DNA of 64,000 nucleotides from Iphione sp. A-MEVVRFRX5. Lineage: Eukaryota. A model generated the notes under the pieces. The model was not told the DNA's origin, did not search any database, and worked only from the letters and a program-made list of their open reading frames with translations. Position numbers and translations under genes: made by a program. The stretch lies in assembly GCA_976226885.1 (NCBI GenBank), contig OZ320318.1:92132001-92196000 (forward strand). The letters are read 5' to 3'. Below are positions 1-14,100 of the stretch, one piece after another. The stretch's first letter is position 1. The number at the start of each line of letters is the position of its first letter.

Positions 1-1022
1 TGCCGGTGGAAGAAATAGGATCCAATTAGAACAATAGGCATCGTTTGCTTCACCTCCTGAATGAAACTCCTGATAGCTCTGACCCCCCCCCCCACTAACA
101 ACGGACGCTCCTGGGTGGCAACGAGGCACCAGGAGGAGGAAAAGGCACCAGGAGGGAGGCGGCTGCAGAAGTCGATTAGAAGTCCTCCTTCTTAATTAAC
201 GTGTCAGCCGCAGACTTTGCGAGCAGCTCAAATCATTAACGCCACGAGCTGCTTCGTGGTGTAGTTAGTTGCTCTATCCTTAGTCCCCTGCTTTCTGCCG
301 CTGTAGTCTACCAGCTCGCAAATAACCAGGACAAAACCTAAAGTGAACCAATCCTCCCCCCACGCCCCACCAACTGACCTTAAGCAACCCCTTCTCAAGA
401 CAAACTATCCAACTGCTTTGAATACAACATGACCACAGGGCGGTAGTGGTAATTCTTGCCTTCCCGAACCCTTGGACCTCTGTGTGACCTTCTAATACGG
501 TTAATTACATTCTCTCTCTCCACTAGTAGACACGCCGATGAAAGAAAATTTCACCGTGCAAGATTTTCAAGTGCGCCCTAACCTTTGAAGATGTTGATTG
601 TATTTAACAAAATGCATTGGTGCGCGCAATCGATAAATTGTAAATAATAGAAAGTATATAAACACAGAATAAAACGATTTTATTCCATCTTGTCTGTACA
701 AAAGTCCCTCTTTTAATATAGTATTTCGGCGAGAGGAGCTCCTTTATAATAAGATCGGCTGTCTCCCCAGACCTTGTGGCCTGAGGCCACCATCATTCCA
801 TTTTCAAAATAAACGTGTGGATTTACATAAGCCAGTGATCCATGAATATCAATTCAATCCAAACATACAGGTTCACGTGCTGTGATTCTGGAATCAAATT
901 AAGAAAAAAACCGAAGTACTATACACCGGATCAAATGTATACCTGTATGAATGTTAGGCTATAAAATACCTCTCCATAAAGCCTGACCCATCCACTAAAA
1001 TTATTACGTGCATGTGGGGTAG

Positions 1023-1025
<3 letters not shown>

Positions 1026-1084
<59 letters not shown>
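1026..1084. repeat. (AG)n microsatellite
   Basis: Uninterrupted AG dinucleotide run of about 59 bp. Confidence 0.97.
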
Positions 1085-1092
<8 letters not shown>

Positions 1093-1669
1093 AGTAAGAA
1101 AGAGTGCAAGAGACATATTTTGTCTCATAGAGAGCAAAATTCCTTTTTTGAAAAGTACTCTACCGTGTTTGTGTGGTTAATGTACATGTATCATTGACGC
1201 AAATATATTTGTCAGATCCAGGCACAATCGATATTGACAACCTGTCCAAGAGAAAAGTACAGTGTATTTTTCAGGGAATAAGAACACCTTCTCACTCATT
1301 TCATTACGTACTCAGAGAACTAATATGAATAAATGCCCTTTCCTGTACATGTAACTATAAAAAATATTTATTTATTTATTGTATAATGCATACAAATATC
1401 TGTTTCGAGTAACATGGTGATAAAAGTAAGCGTCAGTCAGTAGGTGTTTTTAGTATTTTATTCGCCTCACAAACCTTCTCATGAAACTGTTGGTCAATTC
1501 TTGTCAAGAATGCTTACACCACGTCTACCTCTTGGACTTTAAAGCAACATATATCACATGAAAGCTTTTTAAGTAAGGAACATATCGAAATATTGTGTGA
1601 GTGTCTGTCTTTATCCATTCTAGAGATATTTACAAAACAAGATAGAAAATTTCCATTGATACGAAAGTA

Positions 1670-1716
1670 AGGGTCGGTCGGGTTACCAGAAACAGATTTT
1701 TTTACTTGAGGCCTAA
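1670..1716. mobile_element. Terminus-like fragment of a dispersed non-autonomous DNA element (second copy at 37438-37480)
   Basis: agggtcggtcggggttaccagaaacagattttttt..aggcctaa closely matches agggttggtcaggttactggaaacagtttttgcttaggcctta at 37438-37480. The partner end was not found. Confidence 0.45.
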
Positions 1717-2413
1717 ATTATACTATATTAAGTGTTCTCTAAGGGGCGTGCAGTCTTTACCGTTGATGCCGAAGCTGTAAGCGGTGAACCAGGTCTCGTC
1801 ATCGGTTCGATCGAGTACAATTGATTTATGTCCACATTACAAGCTAACTGTGTGCATACAACATACCCCACCTTATATACATGCACCTATAACAATGCTC
1901 ATGTTAATCACTTGCCAACTGTTCACTGCGGGGGGGGAAGTACATGTGCAATGCCGTTTCTTATCGTATCAATGATAGCACTGCCTTCAGGCAAGCAGAA
2001 GAACCTGGTTCCTTCTGATGATCAACCTCCCCTCCCAATGCAATAAACAAACGATGGCGAAACGAATCTGTTCCCACTCTCAATCGGCTTGTAGCTTCAA
2101 TTAAGTCGTCCTCCAGTTTCCCTCACTGCCTGTCGTATGTAGTGAACCGGCCCCCCTGCTGTAAGATTTACGATTCGTTCCCAGGATTGTGGGACTGGAG
2201 GAGGATGTACCGTGGATGTTCTGGGGACGGACGGGTGAGTTTACAGCGCTACTACCTCGAGAGAGGGTTATGATAGGAGTAGCAATGAGCTGATGATGAT
2301 TATCTGTAATTAGCCAGTCAGTACGACTGCCAGTCGAGTCGGACATTTTGCCTGGTCAACGATTTATCGATCCTGCTCACCAATTATCGCCCGGCTAAGC
2401 CGCGGGCTTATTA

Positions 2414-2426
2414 CGCCCTCTGGTGG
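2414..2426 (-). promoter_or_regulatory. CTCF-like motif (CCACCAGAGGGCG)
   Basis: Direct match to the bilaterian CTCF core CCNNNAGRKGGCR, in a CpG-rich segment. Confidence 0.4.
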
Positions 2427-3089
2427 TAATGAGGGGATTAGCCGCCAGGGGTCATAATGGCGCTCGATACTCTCTCCTCCGGGGTCAATAATTGGGAAGT
2501 CCGCGTGTCGCGTTTAACTCAAGACTACACCCGACAGATGGCGTATGTACGGCCGGGGGGGGGGGGGTTAAGTGTCTGTGTGGCGCCTTTCACTGGGACG
2601 ATTTCTTGTTTTATTTTACCGATGATAACAAGCGGGTTCTAATTATCCCTGACTCGCAGGCCGACCGCGAGTCCCGCCTTGTCAGAAGATCGCAGCTCAT
2701 TGGCGCCACAGTGGTCCGACAAAAATGAAGATTGGCCGTGATGTACTCATCGTAGGCAGAAGAGAGGTCAGCTCTCGCAGAGGGCTATTACACTCATATC
2801 ATTCTCTCCTCATTACTGTCCGGATAATAAAAACTACGATAAATCTCCAGAGGCAAGTGACAGCTTCAACTAAAATATTAGCAGTTTCTGAAGCCTCACG
2901 GGGTGGTAAAATCAACGCAGCGTCAACGAGAAGCGCTTAATATACAGTCTTGGATCAGGTAACCACGAGGTAGAACCCATGTTACGGAAACGGGCTACTC
3001 GGCACAAAAGATTTCTATCTTGGAAGAATGCTCTCTGGACACAAAGAAACCTTCGTCACTGAGGTGTTGTGCAAATATATATATTTGGC

Positions 3090-4326
3090 GACGTCCGATT
3101 TCTGCCCAGCCCTCTTATAACAACAGGGCTGTTCACATGTATACAAAGTTCTTGCAATTGCATCTGATCATGTTTTCACCAACCCGTCTAGGATGGGTTT
3201 GCATCGCAATCAGATGCGATGTCCATAGGCTTCTATGGTCAAGGACATCTGGAATTAGGCAAAAATTGGATACTGTGGGTGGTACTCCCGCTTTCAGATG
3301 CAATTGACCCATCGGATATCATTGATTTTGGTGTATTTCAGCAAAGAAATCAAAACTACGACATATCTTCTACATTCAATACACATATATATATGTATAA
3401 GAAGTCCCAAGGATCTTTGATAATTTAATTGTCTCTGATCACAGAAAGCAGAGAAGTAACCCCTGGGTAGCTTATTTTTGAGGTTTGAATAGTGAATTTT
3501 GTGCTAGAATGATGTCGTAGCTTGGTTCATAGAGTAAAAAAGTGAAGGGTCAATTCTGACAAGTCTGACTGTGTGCATGTAACAAAAAAATGTGCACCAT
3601 ACCAGTAGGTTCAATAGCAGCCTTTTATTCTTCACAGCTTACAGCACATCTTCAGTATCAGCATGGGTGAGTCTGACGAGAGCGTCAGAGCATCTCTCTT
3701 GTATACTCTCTCTTGTATACTTCATATAACACTTTACTTAACAATATATAACTATATACTCTACATTACATAAGTACTTTGAGAACATTTTTTGTAATAA
3801 CACATTATCTATCACAATCAGTACTGTGTTACAATGTGAATACCACCTGACCATTGGGGCAGCTCCTCACAACAACAAGCCTGTCAAGTACTAGTTTGCT
3901 ATAGAGTTCTAAATTTATTAAACAAGAATCGTCTAGCTTTCCAATGTTGAAATAGTGCGTCTGTGTGACTTTAGTGGTCGTAAATGATATCACCTGCGCT
4001 TTATCTTGGTAATCTGCATTGTGATATAAATATGCCCCTGCCACTGAAACCATTATATTACCACGTCGTTATTGATCCTTACGTGTGTGCTCCTGGTGCC
4101 ACATGTGGCACATATATATACAAGGCCGGCTCTTTAAGTTTTTTTTTAACTTGTTGACCTAGCCTTAAAGGACAGCCGGCAGCCCCCTCCCCCCATACCT
4201 CCCCCGACCCCCCCCCCAGTCCTCAGCAGTGAGAGAGACTGAGAGGGCCACCACCACTACAGTCCCAGGTGCTGCTACAGGGAATGGCGGCACCCAAAAA
4301 AAGCAGGAGCACGCCTGGCACGATAC

Positions 4327-4359
<33 letters not shown>

Positions 4360-5480
4360 TGGTGGTGGGGATGACATATAGCTTCCTGCTCCATTTGTCA
4401 CCAGCAAAGCTCTGTTTGTTATCGCACCTTCTACTACGTGAGCTGCCATTGTCCGTGCTGGCGCCAACCCCCCCCCCCCAACCCACCCCCCATCCCCCCT
4501 CCACCAGCCAGCCAGCCACCGGCGCCTGCCAAGGCATTAGGTCTTTAATGATTAGTACGTGGTTAAATATCTCATGAAGCACACCATATATAAAGTAGAG
4601 GAACTCTAGCTCTATGTGACAAAGAACTCTTTTATTATATACCGTTAGGTTCTTTCTTCTAGCAAACCAAAGCTGTCTGAAGACTCTAAGATATTGACTA
4701 GAAAATAATGGTACATTATTGGTATTTACCCATTGCACATTATATGGTGCCATTTATGTTTAGTATTGTAGATATTTATTTATACATATCATGGTATACT
4801 TTTGGATGATGCTACAGTGTTGGCAAGCAGGTGTGGCTATGCAGCCCATGTTATATTGTTTTTATTGGCAATATATGTATATTATTCATCATAGGTTAAA
4901 TCATGTATATATCTATATATTTTCCGCATTTTTTATGTTAATGGCTGAATGGACAAAGCTTTCCAAGTCGTACTCATAATATATGCAAAGACTGTATTTA
5001 AACATGTAAAATTATATCATAGTCTACCATATTGTTATGAGATATAGTTTATATAATAAAGTTATACTAGTTATTCTAACTAACCATGATTCAAATTGTT
5101 TGTCATTCACTCAGCAGTAGCATACTATGATTACACATTATACCAGAATTTCACAGCATATACTGTGATATGACCTCCCAAACTGTTGTAATGAGGTGAT
5201 CGCCAATGGTTGAAGAAACGGGTACTGCAGACACTTTCTTATACCATTTGCGATGCCATAATATGGAACCCATCAATCCACTTGCAGTATTTTGTAACAT
5301 TGTCATGAGAAACGGTAGACACAAGTGTAGTAACAGTGTGACTGTCATTGTGGTGATTCACTCAATGTACAGGAGAGTACAGTATCTTTTTTTACATCAA
5401 ACACCTAAGATTGTAGACGTTTCTCTCAGGAGAGGCAATTCTATATCACTTATCCACACCAAAACATGCATCATGGACAC
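3090..5480 (-). mobile_element. Heavily decayed DNA-transposon transposase relic, probably Academ type (XPG/PIN-like region plus C-terminal Cys cluster)
   Basis: Manual minus-strand translation across frameshifts and stops gives, in order: WIDGFHIM (~5270), HVRINNDVVI (~4070), KVTQTHYFNIGKL (~3960), FLLHAHSQTC (~3580), KINDIRW..VPPTVSN (~3330-3280), NPS*TGW, IRCNCK..C..CC.KRAGQK (~3165-3105). This resembles the order IDG / DTDV / RYI / FHA.GCD / LPPT / P.P..GW / CNCK that I recall for Academ transposases. The match is from memory and was not searched. Confidence 0.4.
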
Positions 5481-8400
5481 ATCATCCACATCGATACAGT
5501 TAAACGCCTCACCAAGGGCGCATGCGCAGCTGCCGTTTCCCAGACATTTACCCACCACGGAGGGTAATTGATCACCTCATTATGATAACATACAAAGGAT
5601 TACTTTCCCGAGGAACCTGTGGTGTTAGACATGCGAACGAGTCATAACACATCTAAAAGTAGACCCTCGTCCCAGACGAAGGGGTGTAGTAAACTCATAA
5701 GGAGCGTGATGTGGGCCAAAGGCTGTCAAATTTCACGAAGGTATGAATTATTTGGGGATACCAAAGAAACATCCCGGAAACAAACTATACTGAGATGTAT
5801 AGAATATGACAGTGAAATGTAAAATACTTAGTGGAAATTACGAAGAAAATGTGACAAATATTCACAAAATGAACGTTCATTTATTGTAACCGAGAAGATA
5901 GTCCTTGGAAATAGACACCACTTTCTGTCTCTGGAGTGAATGAAAGCAAAGGACAATCCAATGAACATGTACCGGCATTTACGAATATAGAAAATGCTAT
6001 CAACAAAGGATCTTACCAGTTTCCTGTAACCACTTGCAGTCACTCCAATTAAGGAAATGATATGAAAAGGGGGCAGAATAAAATTACATCAGAACAAATT
6101 AGAACGTAGTTATGATGATCTCCTACCACTTGCTTTCGTAGGTTATCCATTTCAACTCTATAGCGCAGACCGTGAAGTAGATTTACATGTAGGAAGTAGT
6201 CTGTCGGTAGATAGTGACTGTTTAATTTTCAACATTAAGCCCCTGAAACTGGTCACTGGTGTATTCCGTTTTATCTGCAGCGCTCTATAGGCCTACATGT
6301 AACAAAATACAGACTTGTCTCCCGTCAATGCAGACCATTTTTTTTTTTAAATAAGGATTTCCTCTTTTTTTGATAGGCTTCGCGTGAAGCAAGTCTCAAA
6401 ATGCCTCCGTATTATAGCTCCAGCCTCGTCTTCCTGGTCATTCCTTAACTAGACATGTATATGACGATCATGTATTGTGTTCCCATGAAAAATTAAATAA
6501 TATTTTTAGATATGTGACCTATTCCCCTGCTCATCAATACATTTGCATTTGTGTTAAATTCGTAATGCATTACATTATCATTTCATGAATGTATCAAGTA
6601 TTACGATGGGATGTACAATTATATATGTATAACGTTCCAGCGTAGATAAAGATTTTAAAATAAATCTTGTGTTGCGAGGAGGAAAGGTGAAAGGAGTGCA
6701 GTGTATATATAAGGCACACCCCACGCCCATAGCTGTTACCTGCCTTTGAGCGGGTATAAACCTTATAAGTAGTCACAACGTGTTCCTCAACCTTGAGTGA
6801 CCTCTGTCGGTCCGAGCTGCTCTTCCTACTCGAGTCACGTGACCTTGCACTGGGGGTATCATCGGCTTAACTCGATGCTGTTTGAAGAGCAGGAGTCAAT
6901 GGCAGGTGGAGAAGGGGGGTGGGCGGTGGGGTTGGGGGCAGGTATCAGTTTCACTGCCATTAGAAACGGCCACCAGAACCGCCGATCCTGTGCTCCTTTC
7001 TAACAAGGTCGGCGACGACGGTACAGAATGGCGCCTCGCCTTAAAAGCAAACGGGTCGTTATTATCCATGCCCTTTCATTCATATCTCAGGTGGCGCTGT
7101 GCCTTGTAATACCTTGCAATCACACCCACGCCGTATAAATATTGATACCAATTCAATGTATTATTTACCGTTAGGTATCTATGAGCGAATGCTATAGTCA
7201 ACCCGATATCGATGTTAATGCATCCGCATAAAGAGTGCCCGGGAAAGTATTGTGACAGTGTTATGTAAGAAGAGTCGGAATTACAAACGTACAGGAACTA
7301 CATTCAAACGTATCAACTATCAGCCTGAGAATTTACTGAGATCCTTATGCGAGGTGTGGTCCTAAACTCTGCTGCCGAACTGTTCGACTGTGAGTAAAAT
7401 GTTCATCGGAATGTCTCCCGCCAGTAGGTTTTAAGCTGCTTTTTTTCCAAATTTTATTTATCCTGGCACTCCAACGGTGCCAGCGTATTCGGCTACAGAA
7501 AGCAATGTTGATGATTTCTATTTACAATGAGTAGGTCATGTTCGCTCTCCCTCCTTCGTGACCGTGAACAGGAAGTAAGCTTTATGTCCAATATAGTAGA
7601 GACTCAAGTCAAAGACCATCTCACAGGGGAGACCGTACTGGGGGAGAGACCATATATACCACATATTTACAATGGTGAGAAGGGTTGAAAATTCGACCAT
7701 GTTATTCAATGAAATTACGAATGTGCAAGTAAGGTTGCTTTACACTTTCCATAATAACGAGTCGGGGGGACTCTCTTGTTCTGCACTGAATCAAAGTGCC
7801 GCTCAAGGCTGTTGAGAAAAGGAAGGTAGCGGTAGCTAGGAGGGTGTAGCGGATCACAGTGCCAGGAGTGTGGCTGAAATTCGTACATAGAAAACGACAG
7901 CTCACATAGAGGGGGTGAGTCATGAGATAAAGAACCCCCCGTCGAGTATCAGTCACGCCGGACAGCCTGGCAGGGGGCGCCACTTCATGATCGTAAAGCA
8001 CTTGTACGCATGCGCAGTCGACCCCCGTCTACACAGTGACACCGTCGAGTCAAGTTTTTGCGGGTTCGGGGGGAAGGACGTGTGTGTGTGGGGGGGGGGG
8101 TGGATATTGGAGAGGGAGTCTTTTTATCTGACACCTTTTATTCAAATACCAGCCTAGCGAATCGATACATCGACTCGGTTCTGCTCTTAACGGCTGACAC
8201 CCTTGATGTACTGAAAGTGTATTAAGAGACCCCCCCCAGGTAGTCAAGGACTACATAGAAAGAATGAAAAAAAACACTGGCCAGCCCAGAATATCTTACC
8301 GTAGAGTGTAAAATCTTTGGTTAGCGACCCCAATACAAACAATCGACAGATATGCTCAGTCGCACAATAGTTGACATTATGATAAATCTACCAGCAGTTA

Positions 8401-9295
8401 GAGACTAAACATTCTTAGAGTGGAGTATCCGGGCCATTGTGGCGAGAAAGGTCTAAACAAAGAGCTGTCAAAACCCAATTTGATAAGAGTTTCCAGGTAA
8501 TCATATGACTCCATTGGGCTTAATTCATGGGTATATTTGTTAAAAATCTGAGTGAATAAATTAGTGTATAGATTTAAATCCCTGTCTACCTTTCTAACAT
8601 TTGTTATTGTATAAAAATACTGCAGAGGGGACGTGCGGGCGATAATGGGGGAAATACTGTGCATATAAATGAAGTCAGTCAACAAGGATTACTGTTTGGC
8701 TGAATACTACAATAGTTCAAAGAGGGAGGCTAGTTTTTCACCTCCCCGCCTGGTACCCTTTCCCTGTAAAGGGCGATGGTACCAGTCTTATGACGTCACT
8801 TCCACTCCAAGAATCGGTCGAGCACCTGAATATAATAGACAGGTATGCCTGAAAAAACATCTCATGACGGTCTGTGCCTGTACAATGAGTACTTACTTGT
8901 ATTTACACAGACAAAATGGCGCAGAATACAGGACCCCCCCCCCCAGGAACAAACCTTGCTCATCTTTCAGGCTAATATTGATTTACCGTGTCTTTTATGG
9001 GTGGGGATCTACAGACTCAAAAGCTCCGAATTGTAAGATCGGACAACCTACGTGCTTCTCTGTCTGTGTGGATCTTCTCTCTGAACAACACTCAGGCAGC
9101 CCTCCCCCCGACACACATACCCCCCGCCCCCCCACCCACTTGGTAAATCCACATCCCCACATCTCCGCGCTGACATACTAGGTTAGTTTCAGGTTAGGTA
9201 GGAAAAGTTCGCTCAAAAACCTTAAGTAACTTCAGCCTTGGTCTGGCAAAACCTGCTGCCCTAATAGGTGGCAACACTCAAAGGTACATGTACAT

Positions 9296-9530
9296 CACTC
9301 TCTCTCTTTCTCTCCCTCTCTCCCTTCCTCTCTCTCTCCTTCTCTCTCTGCCCTGTCTTTCTCTCCCTCCCTCTTTCTCTCTATTTCTTGTTCTCTCTCT
9401 CTCCTCTACTCTATCCCTCTCTTTCTGCTCTTTCTCCCTCTCCTTCTCTCTCCCTCTCCTTGCCTCTCTCTCCTCCCTCTGTCTCTTTATCTCTTTCTCT
9501 CTTTCATTCTCTCTCTTTTTCTCTTTTCTT
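9296..9530. repeat. Degenerate (CT)n polypyrimidine low-complexity tract
   Basis: About 235 bp made almost entirely of C and T. Confidence 0.95.
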
Positions 9531-11302
9531 TGTCAAGAAAAGGCCCCGGAGAAAAAGATATAGGTTTAAAATTGTTTTTTTCTCAGGGGGCGTGTTTGTT
9601 CTCATTCATACTGAACGGCACGTATGGGGATAATATGATACCATAGGAAGATGCCCTACACGAACAAAATCACGGATGGGGAAACAAGACGATATTTTAA
9701 CCCTAGAACATCGACGTGGCGACTTTTCATTCTGAAACTCTCATCTTTGTTTTTTTTTGGGGGGGAAAGAACTGGAGATAACAAGCTACTAACGCTTGCA
9801 TTCTATATACCTTGGTTAGGAATAATGAGAATTTATTACTATGACTTTGTTTATTCGCGGTTGGAGATCCAGTGCTCTCTTTAAAGGAAGGGCACAGTGC
9901 GGAGTGTGTGGTTTCGCTATAGCGTAACAATCCGCAATCTAAGCATTTATCATACGTTCCTATCTCTACCTAGTCTCATAAATATTGCGTTAGCAGCGTT
10001 ATCTGAACTCAGATATAAAGAAGGAGAATATTAAGTCAAGACATAAACATTTATATGAGCAACGTGTGAGATTAATGCAGGCATGGGGTAGAGATATAAA
10101 AAGGGATAACGGCAATAAAAACAGTAAATACTAGGGGGGGGTAGATAAAATAGTGGCAAACAGGAGGTTTGTGTGTGGAGAGAAGGGAAGGAAAGGTATG
10201 AGGCAAAGCTGCAAATATCATGTACGTATACATACGTATTCAAATATATATACATGTGAAAAAGAGAAACAAAGCGCAGCAGATAGATCAATAAGCAGAC
10301 AGACACACAGACAGACAGAGAGACTGTATAGCCTAGCTGGAGCCGAAGAAAGACAGGGAAGGAATAACCCCTGTACAGGGCAAAGCCAGCTCAAGTGATG
10401 TTATGCAGACCTTTCGCCTAAAATGATCGACCGTATTGCTAATGCTTACTGCAAACAGTGCGATGGATCAGGATTTGATAAGTGTGTGGCACTGCGGAAT
10501 GGGCAGTCAATAAAAAGGCTAGGGGGAAGGGTGGTGGTGGTGGTTTGGAGGGGGGGGGGTGTCTGTGTCTGGCACAGCCGTATGGCACCACACCCACGGA
10601 CGGCTTGCGCCTTACCAAGAGGAATATACTACGTATTTGTCTCTATTTCGACTGTTTGATACTGAAGGATCACCAAGTGCTCCGTTTATTTGGTGTAGCG
10701 CGCTGAGTCTCAACATGGTCCTCTCGACGAGGCGCGTAGAGGTGAAGAAATCTTTTGAGGTGACCACCCCCCCCCCCAACACCTGGTGGCTCATATATCC
10801 CGCCACTTCAACCGGTATTACCATGGCAACCCCCCAAATCGCTGCGAGATGTGTCCCCTTTTCAGCCAGACCCAAACCTCTGGACATCACCTTCATCTAA
10901 AACGTAGACCTGCCAACCTCTAAGGGCTATTCACATGTGTACATATTATTTTTCAGTTCCACGTCCAGATGGAGTCGCATATTTTTTTCCAGCCCTCGCT
11001 GATGTGTGCGGACGCGGATTTCAACCATCCGGGAGGAGTTTTCTCCACATCCGGACGCGTATCTCATACAGTCCTATAGTAAAGAAACACCTGCTTAGCA
11101 TATTGTTTCAATGGGCCCTTCACCAGTGGTTCAAGTAATGGGTACTGCTGACGTCGCTTTTACTAAATTGTGACATTGTCGAAATCTTAAGGTACCTGAT
11201 TGGTTAATTGCCATTGTGACGTCACAAATGACAACAAAACCCAACCTAGCTAGCACCCGTTTATTCAACCATCGGCCATTGGCTCAAACGACCTCTGCAG
11301 GG

Positions 11303-11538
11303 GGCGTCTTTGTGCCCAGACACGTAGACATATCTTTCAAGAGGACACATGTGAAGCAGCCCTTAGGGTATAGACTCTAAGGGCATCTCTGTGCCCAGAC
11401 ACATAGGCATATTTTTTCATGAGGACACATATGAAACAACCCTTAGGGTATAGACTCTAACTGCGTCTCTGTGCCCAGACACGTAGACATATTTTTCATA
11501 AGGACACATGTGAAACAGCCCTTAAGGTATAAGACTCT
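11303..11538. repeat. Tandem repeat, ~80-bp unit x3
   Basis: tgtgcccagacac recurs at 11311, 11390 and 11470. Confidence 0.9.
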
Positions 11539-11994
11539 CATCCCTCGAGTCATCTAGTGTTGGTCTCCTCCTCACACGTCTGTCCCGGACCCACGTGACC
11601 GCGAGGCCCCTACAACCAAACTGCGCGCGCAGGTTTGTTTCCATGGCCCCTATAGCTCAAGGCCTGAGAGGCGTCGATCCCTGGCGGGTATAGAGAGGTC
11701 CGTATAGCCGCTTGCCATTTCACATATGATCATATATTCTGACGTTCATAACCTAGGACATTGCCATTCCTTGTGCATTTATAACGTAACACCCCCGTCA
11801 TCGATTCATAAAAGCCAGCTATGTGATGTCGAATGCCACGCAGTTTATGTAATTCTTGCTACCACAATCCACGTATCGTCCATTTTTAGATGCTTATGTC
11901 CTTCCTACCTATGCCTTCAACCACGTGACCTTTCACACCCTCTCTGTCCACCACAGACAGGAACAATATGTCCACGTCTCAGGTGTAATTTGTG

Positions 11995-12190
11995 TCCATC
12001 ACTATCTCTCAGCTATTACTCATCTATCACTTTCTCTCAGGTATTACTTATCGAACACTATCTCTCAGGTATTACTCTTCCATCACTCTCTTAGGTATTA
12101 CTTGTCCATCACTCTCTCTCTCTTAGGTATAACTCGCTATCACTATCTCTCAGCTATCACTTGTCCATCACCGTCTCTCTACAGTATCTC
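11995..12190. repeat. Degenerate minisatellite (ctatcactatctctcaggtattact-like)
   Basis: Repeated ctctcaggtatta / ccatcactctct motifs. Confidence 0.75.
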
Positions 12191-13849
12191 TTCATAATAA
12201 GCCCCTGTTTTATCACAACCAGTTTCTCAAACTTGTAGATAATAACACGGTCTTTCGATTTGGAAATTGTAACCGCACAAAAAAGAACAAAAACACGGCA
12301 GGCTTTCATAAATGTCTCCACTCCAAGCATTTGTGAGTTCCCCATACGCTTCCAGTATCTTCCTCAAGTAAGCAGCACCCTCTTTCCCTGCGAGTTTTTG
12401 CGCCTTCGCTCTCCGTTTGTAATGCATACCTGTCTATTTTTCGCTTAATTCACTCCTTGCCTGCGATATGTTTATACCTGCCGTCCTCGCCCTTTGATCA
12501 ATCGACTTATGATTCCCACAGTCACCAGGCAGCTTCAAGCTCAGATAGTCCTTAACGTCCCACCGAGAAAACCTACCTGGGCTCTTTTATCCCTCTATGC
12601 GCGATATCAGAAGCAACATCCAAATCTAGGTTCAGTCATTACCAAATGGGTTGGGAGGTATACCTAATGGTTTCTAAAAAATTAAAGGGAGTCGACTTTC
12701 CTAAGTAAATGAGGTGTGTCAGGGAGACTCAGTTGCATTGACAATACCCCAGCATACACATGTGTCTGTGGTTAGGTTCTGAGGTGAATGCGTTCCTTGA
12801 GTGATAATAGATCCATTGGGTATCATCGGGTTTTGGTGTGTTTTTAGTAGGAATTGAAAAACAATACGACATCCCATCTTCATTCTTTTATAAGAAAAGC
12901 CAAGGCTCTTTGACAATTCGGTGATATTTATTTGATCATAAATAACAAAAAAACAAAGCTCAAAGCTAAGGTTTGAATGGTGAATTTCATGTTAGCATGA
13001 TGCCATAGCTTTGCTGATCCAGTAAGAAAGCGCTGGGTCAATTACGAACACAAAGTGCCAAAATATGAAGCACATGACAAGGCTTGGTACATTGATACTG
13101 AAATGGCTTAATGAATATGCATAAGCATGGGCACCGATAGATGTGCATGGATTTATTGATCTGAATATGAATGAGCTTAGGAACCATATGACGTATGCCA
13201 GGTTATGGCGTTGTATAACGTCCATAATTTCTTGTGGTGTACCATATGGCCAGGCAATGAACTTGCCATATTTTATTCCATTCTAGAAAAGGTTTTGTAA
13301 CGACCAAGAAGGGCTATGCATAGGACTAAGGTTACAAGACTTTGCTAGGATTGAAGGGCTGTCAGAAACCAGGCATAGGTTTCACCACTTCCATTCCCAC
13401 CGAATGAGCCTTGTAAACTCGAATGCAGCGTACAGACAACACACCTTCACCCAGGAAACTTGTGCGTGACAACCTTTGCGAACTTTGAAGTTACGTTGAG
13501 TGTATATGTCGTAGAATATGTAGCCCTTTGACACCGGCTCCTCTGAGTACAAAGCCCACTGAGGGATTGGAACATACACACACAGGTAGGTAATGGAACA
13601 TGACAGAAACGCAGCCACCAACAACCTCCTTTTACACAATCTAAAGACGGAGGTGGCGAGCGCACATAAAACGACTGCAGAAGCCGCCTACACACGCGAC
13701 GGGCCGCCGGCACCTGAAAACACCTCCCTCTCCTTAGCTGTAGAAGCCACGTGACCTGATAAGTAAGCGGGCTGCGCCTTTCGACCCGCGCCATAACAGT
13801 TTATCCTGGATATTTAGCATGAGGGAACAACACACCGAGAGTACATTTA

Positions 13850-14100
13850 CCACGGTGGTAGTCCTGGGAATAGTCATGCTCCAGGGTAGTAGTCATGGCA
13901 GTAGTCGTGTACCATGGTAGTAGTCATGGTTGTAGTCCTGTACCATGAACGTAGGCATGGCAACAGCCATGCTCTATGGTAGTAGTCATGGTAGTAGTCA
14001 TTTACCATGGCAGTAGTCATGGCAGCAGCCATGCTCCATGGTAGTAGCCATGGTAGTGGTCATGTTCTATGGTAGTAGTGATGGAAGTAGTCATGCCATC
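13850..14100. repeat. Degenerate (CATGGTAGTAGT)-like minisatellite
   Basis: Many copies of gtagtagtcatgg and variants. Confidence 0.85.

Noticed and set aside
931-1197. Low-complexity ORFs from microsatellites (also 9268-9633, 21409-21858, 50582-51061, 45434-45838)
   Set aside because: They are translations of AG, CT, CCT or AC repeats and are not coding evidence.
2186-2240. Exon ending at the strong donor GG|GTGAGT
   Set aside because: No signal-peptide character or clear acceptor and phase compatibility, so it is unsupported without transcript data.
7036-7137. Signal-peptide first exon (MAPRLKSKRVVIIHALSFISQVALCLVIP..)
   Set aside because: No good phase-1 donor to join the SUEL exon, and the frame ends in TAA.
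11648-11690. tRNA or tRNA-derived SINE head (gcccctatagctcaagg..tcgatccc)
   Set aside because: The A-box-like and B-box-like motifs are too close, there is no anticodon arm, and no full cloverleaf forms.
13160-13290. LINE RT motif (ISCGVPYG resembling GVPQG)
   Set aside because: The flanking RT motifs (SILGP.LF, YADD, KAFD) are absent.
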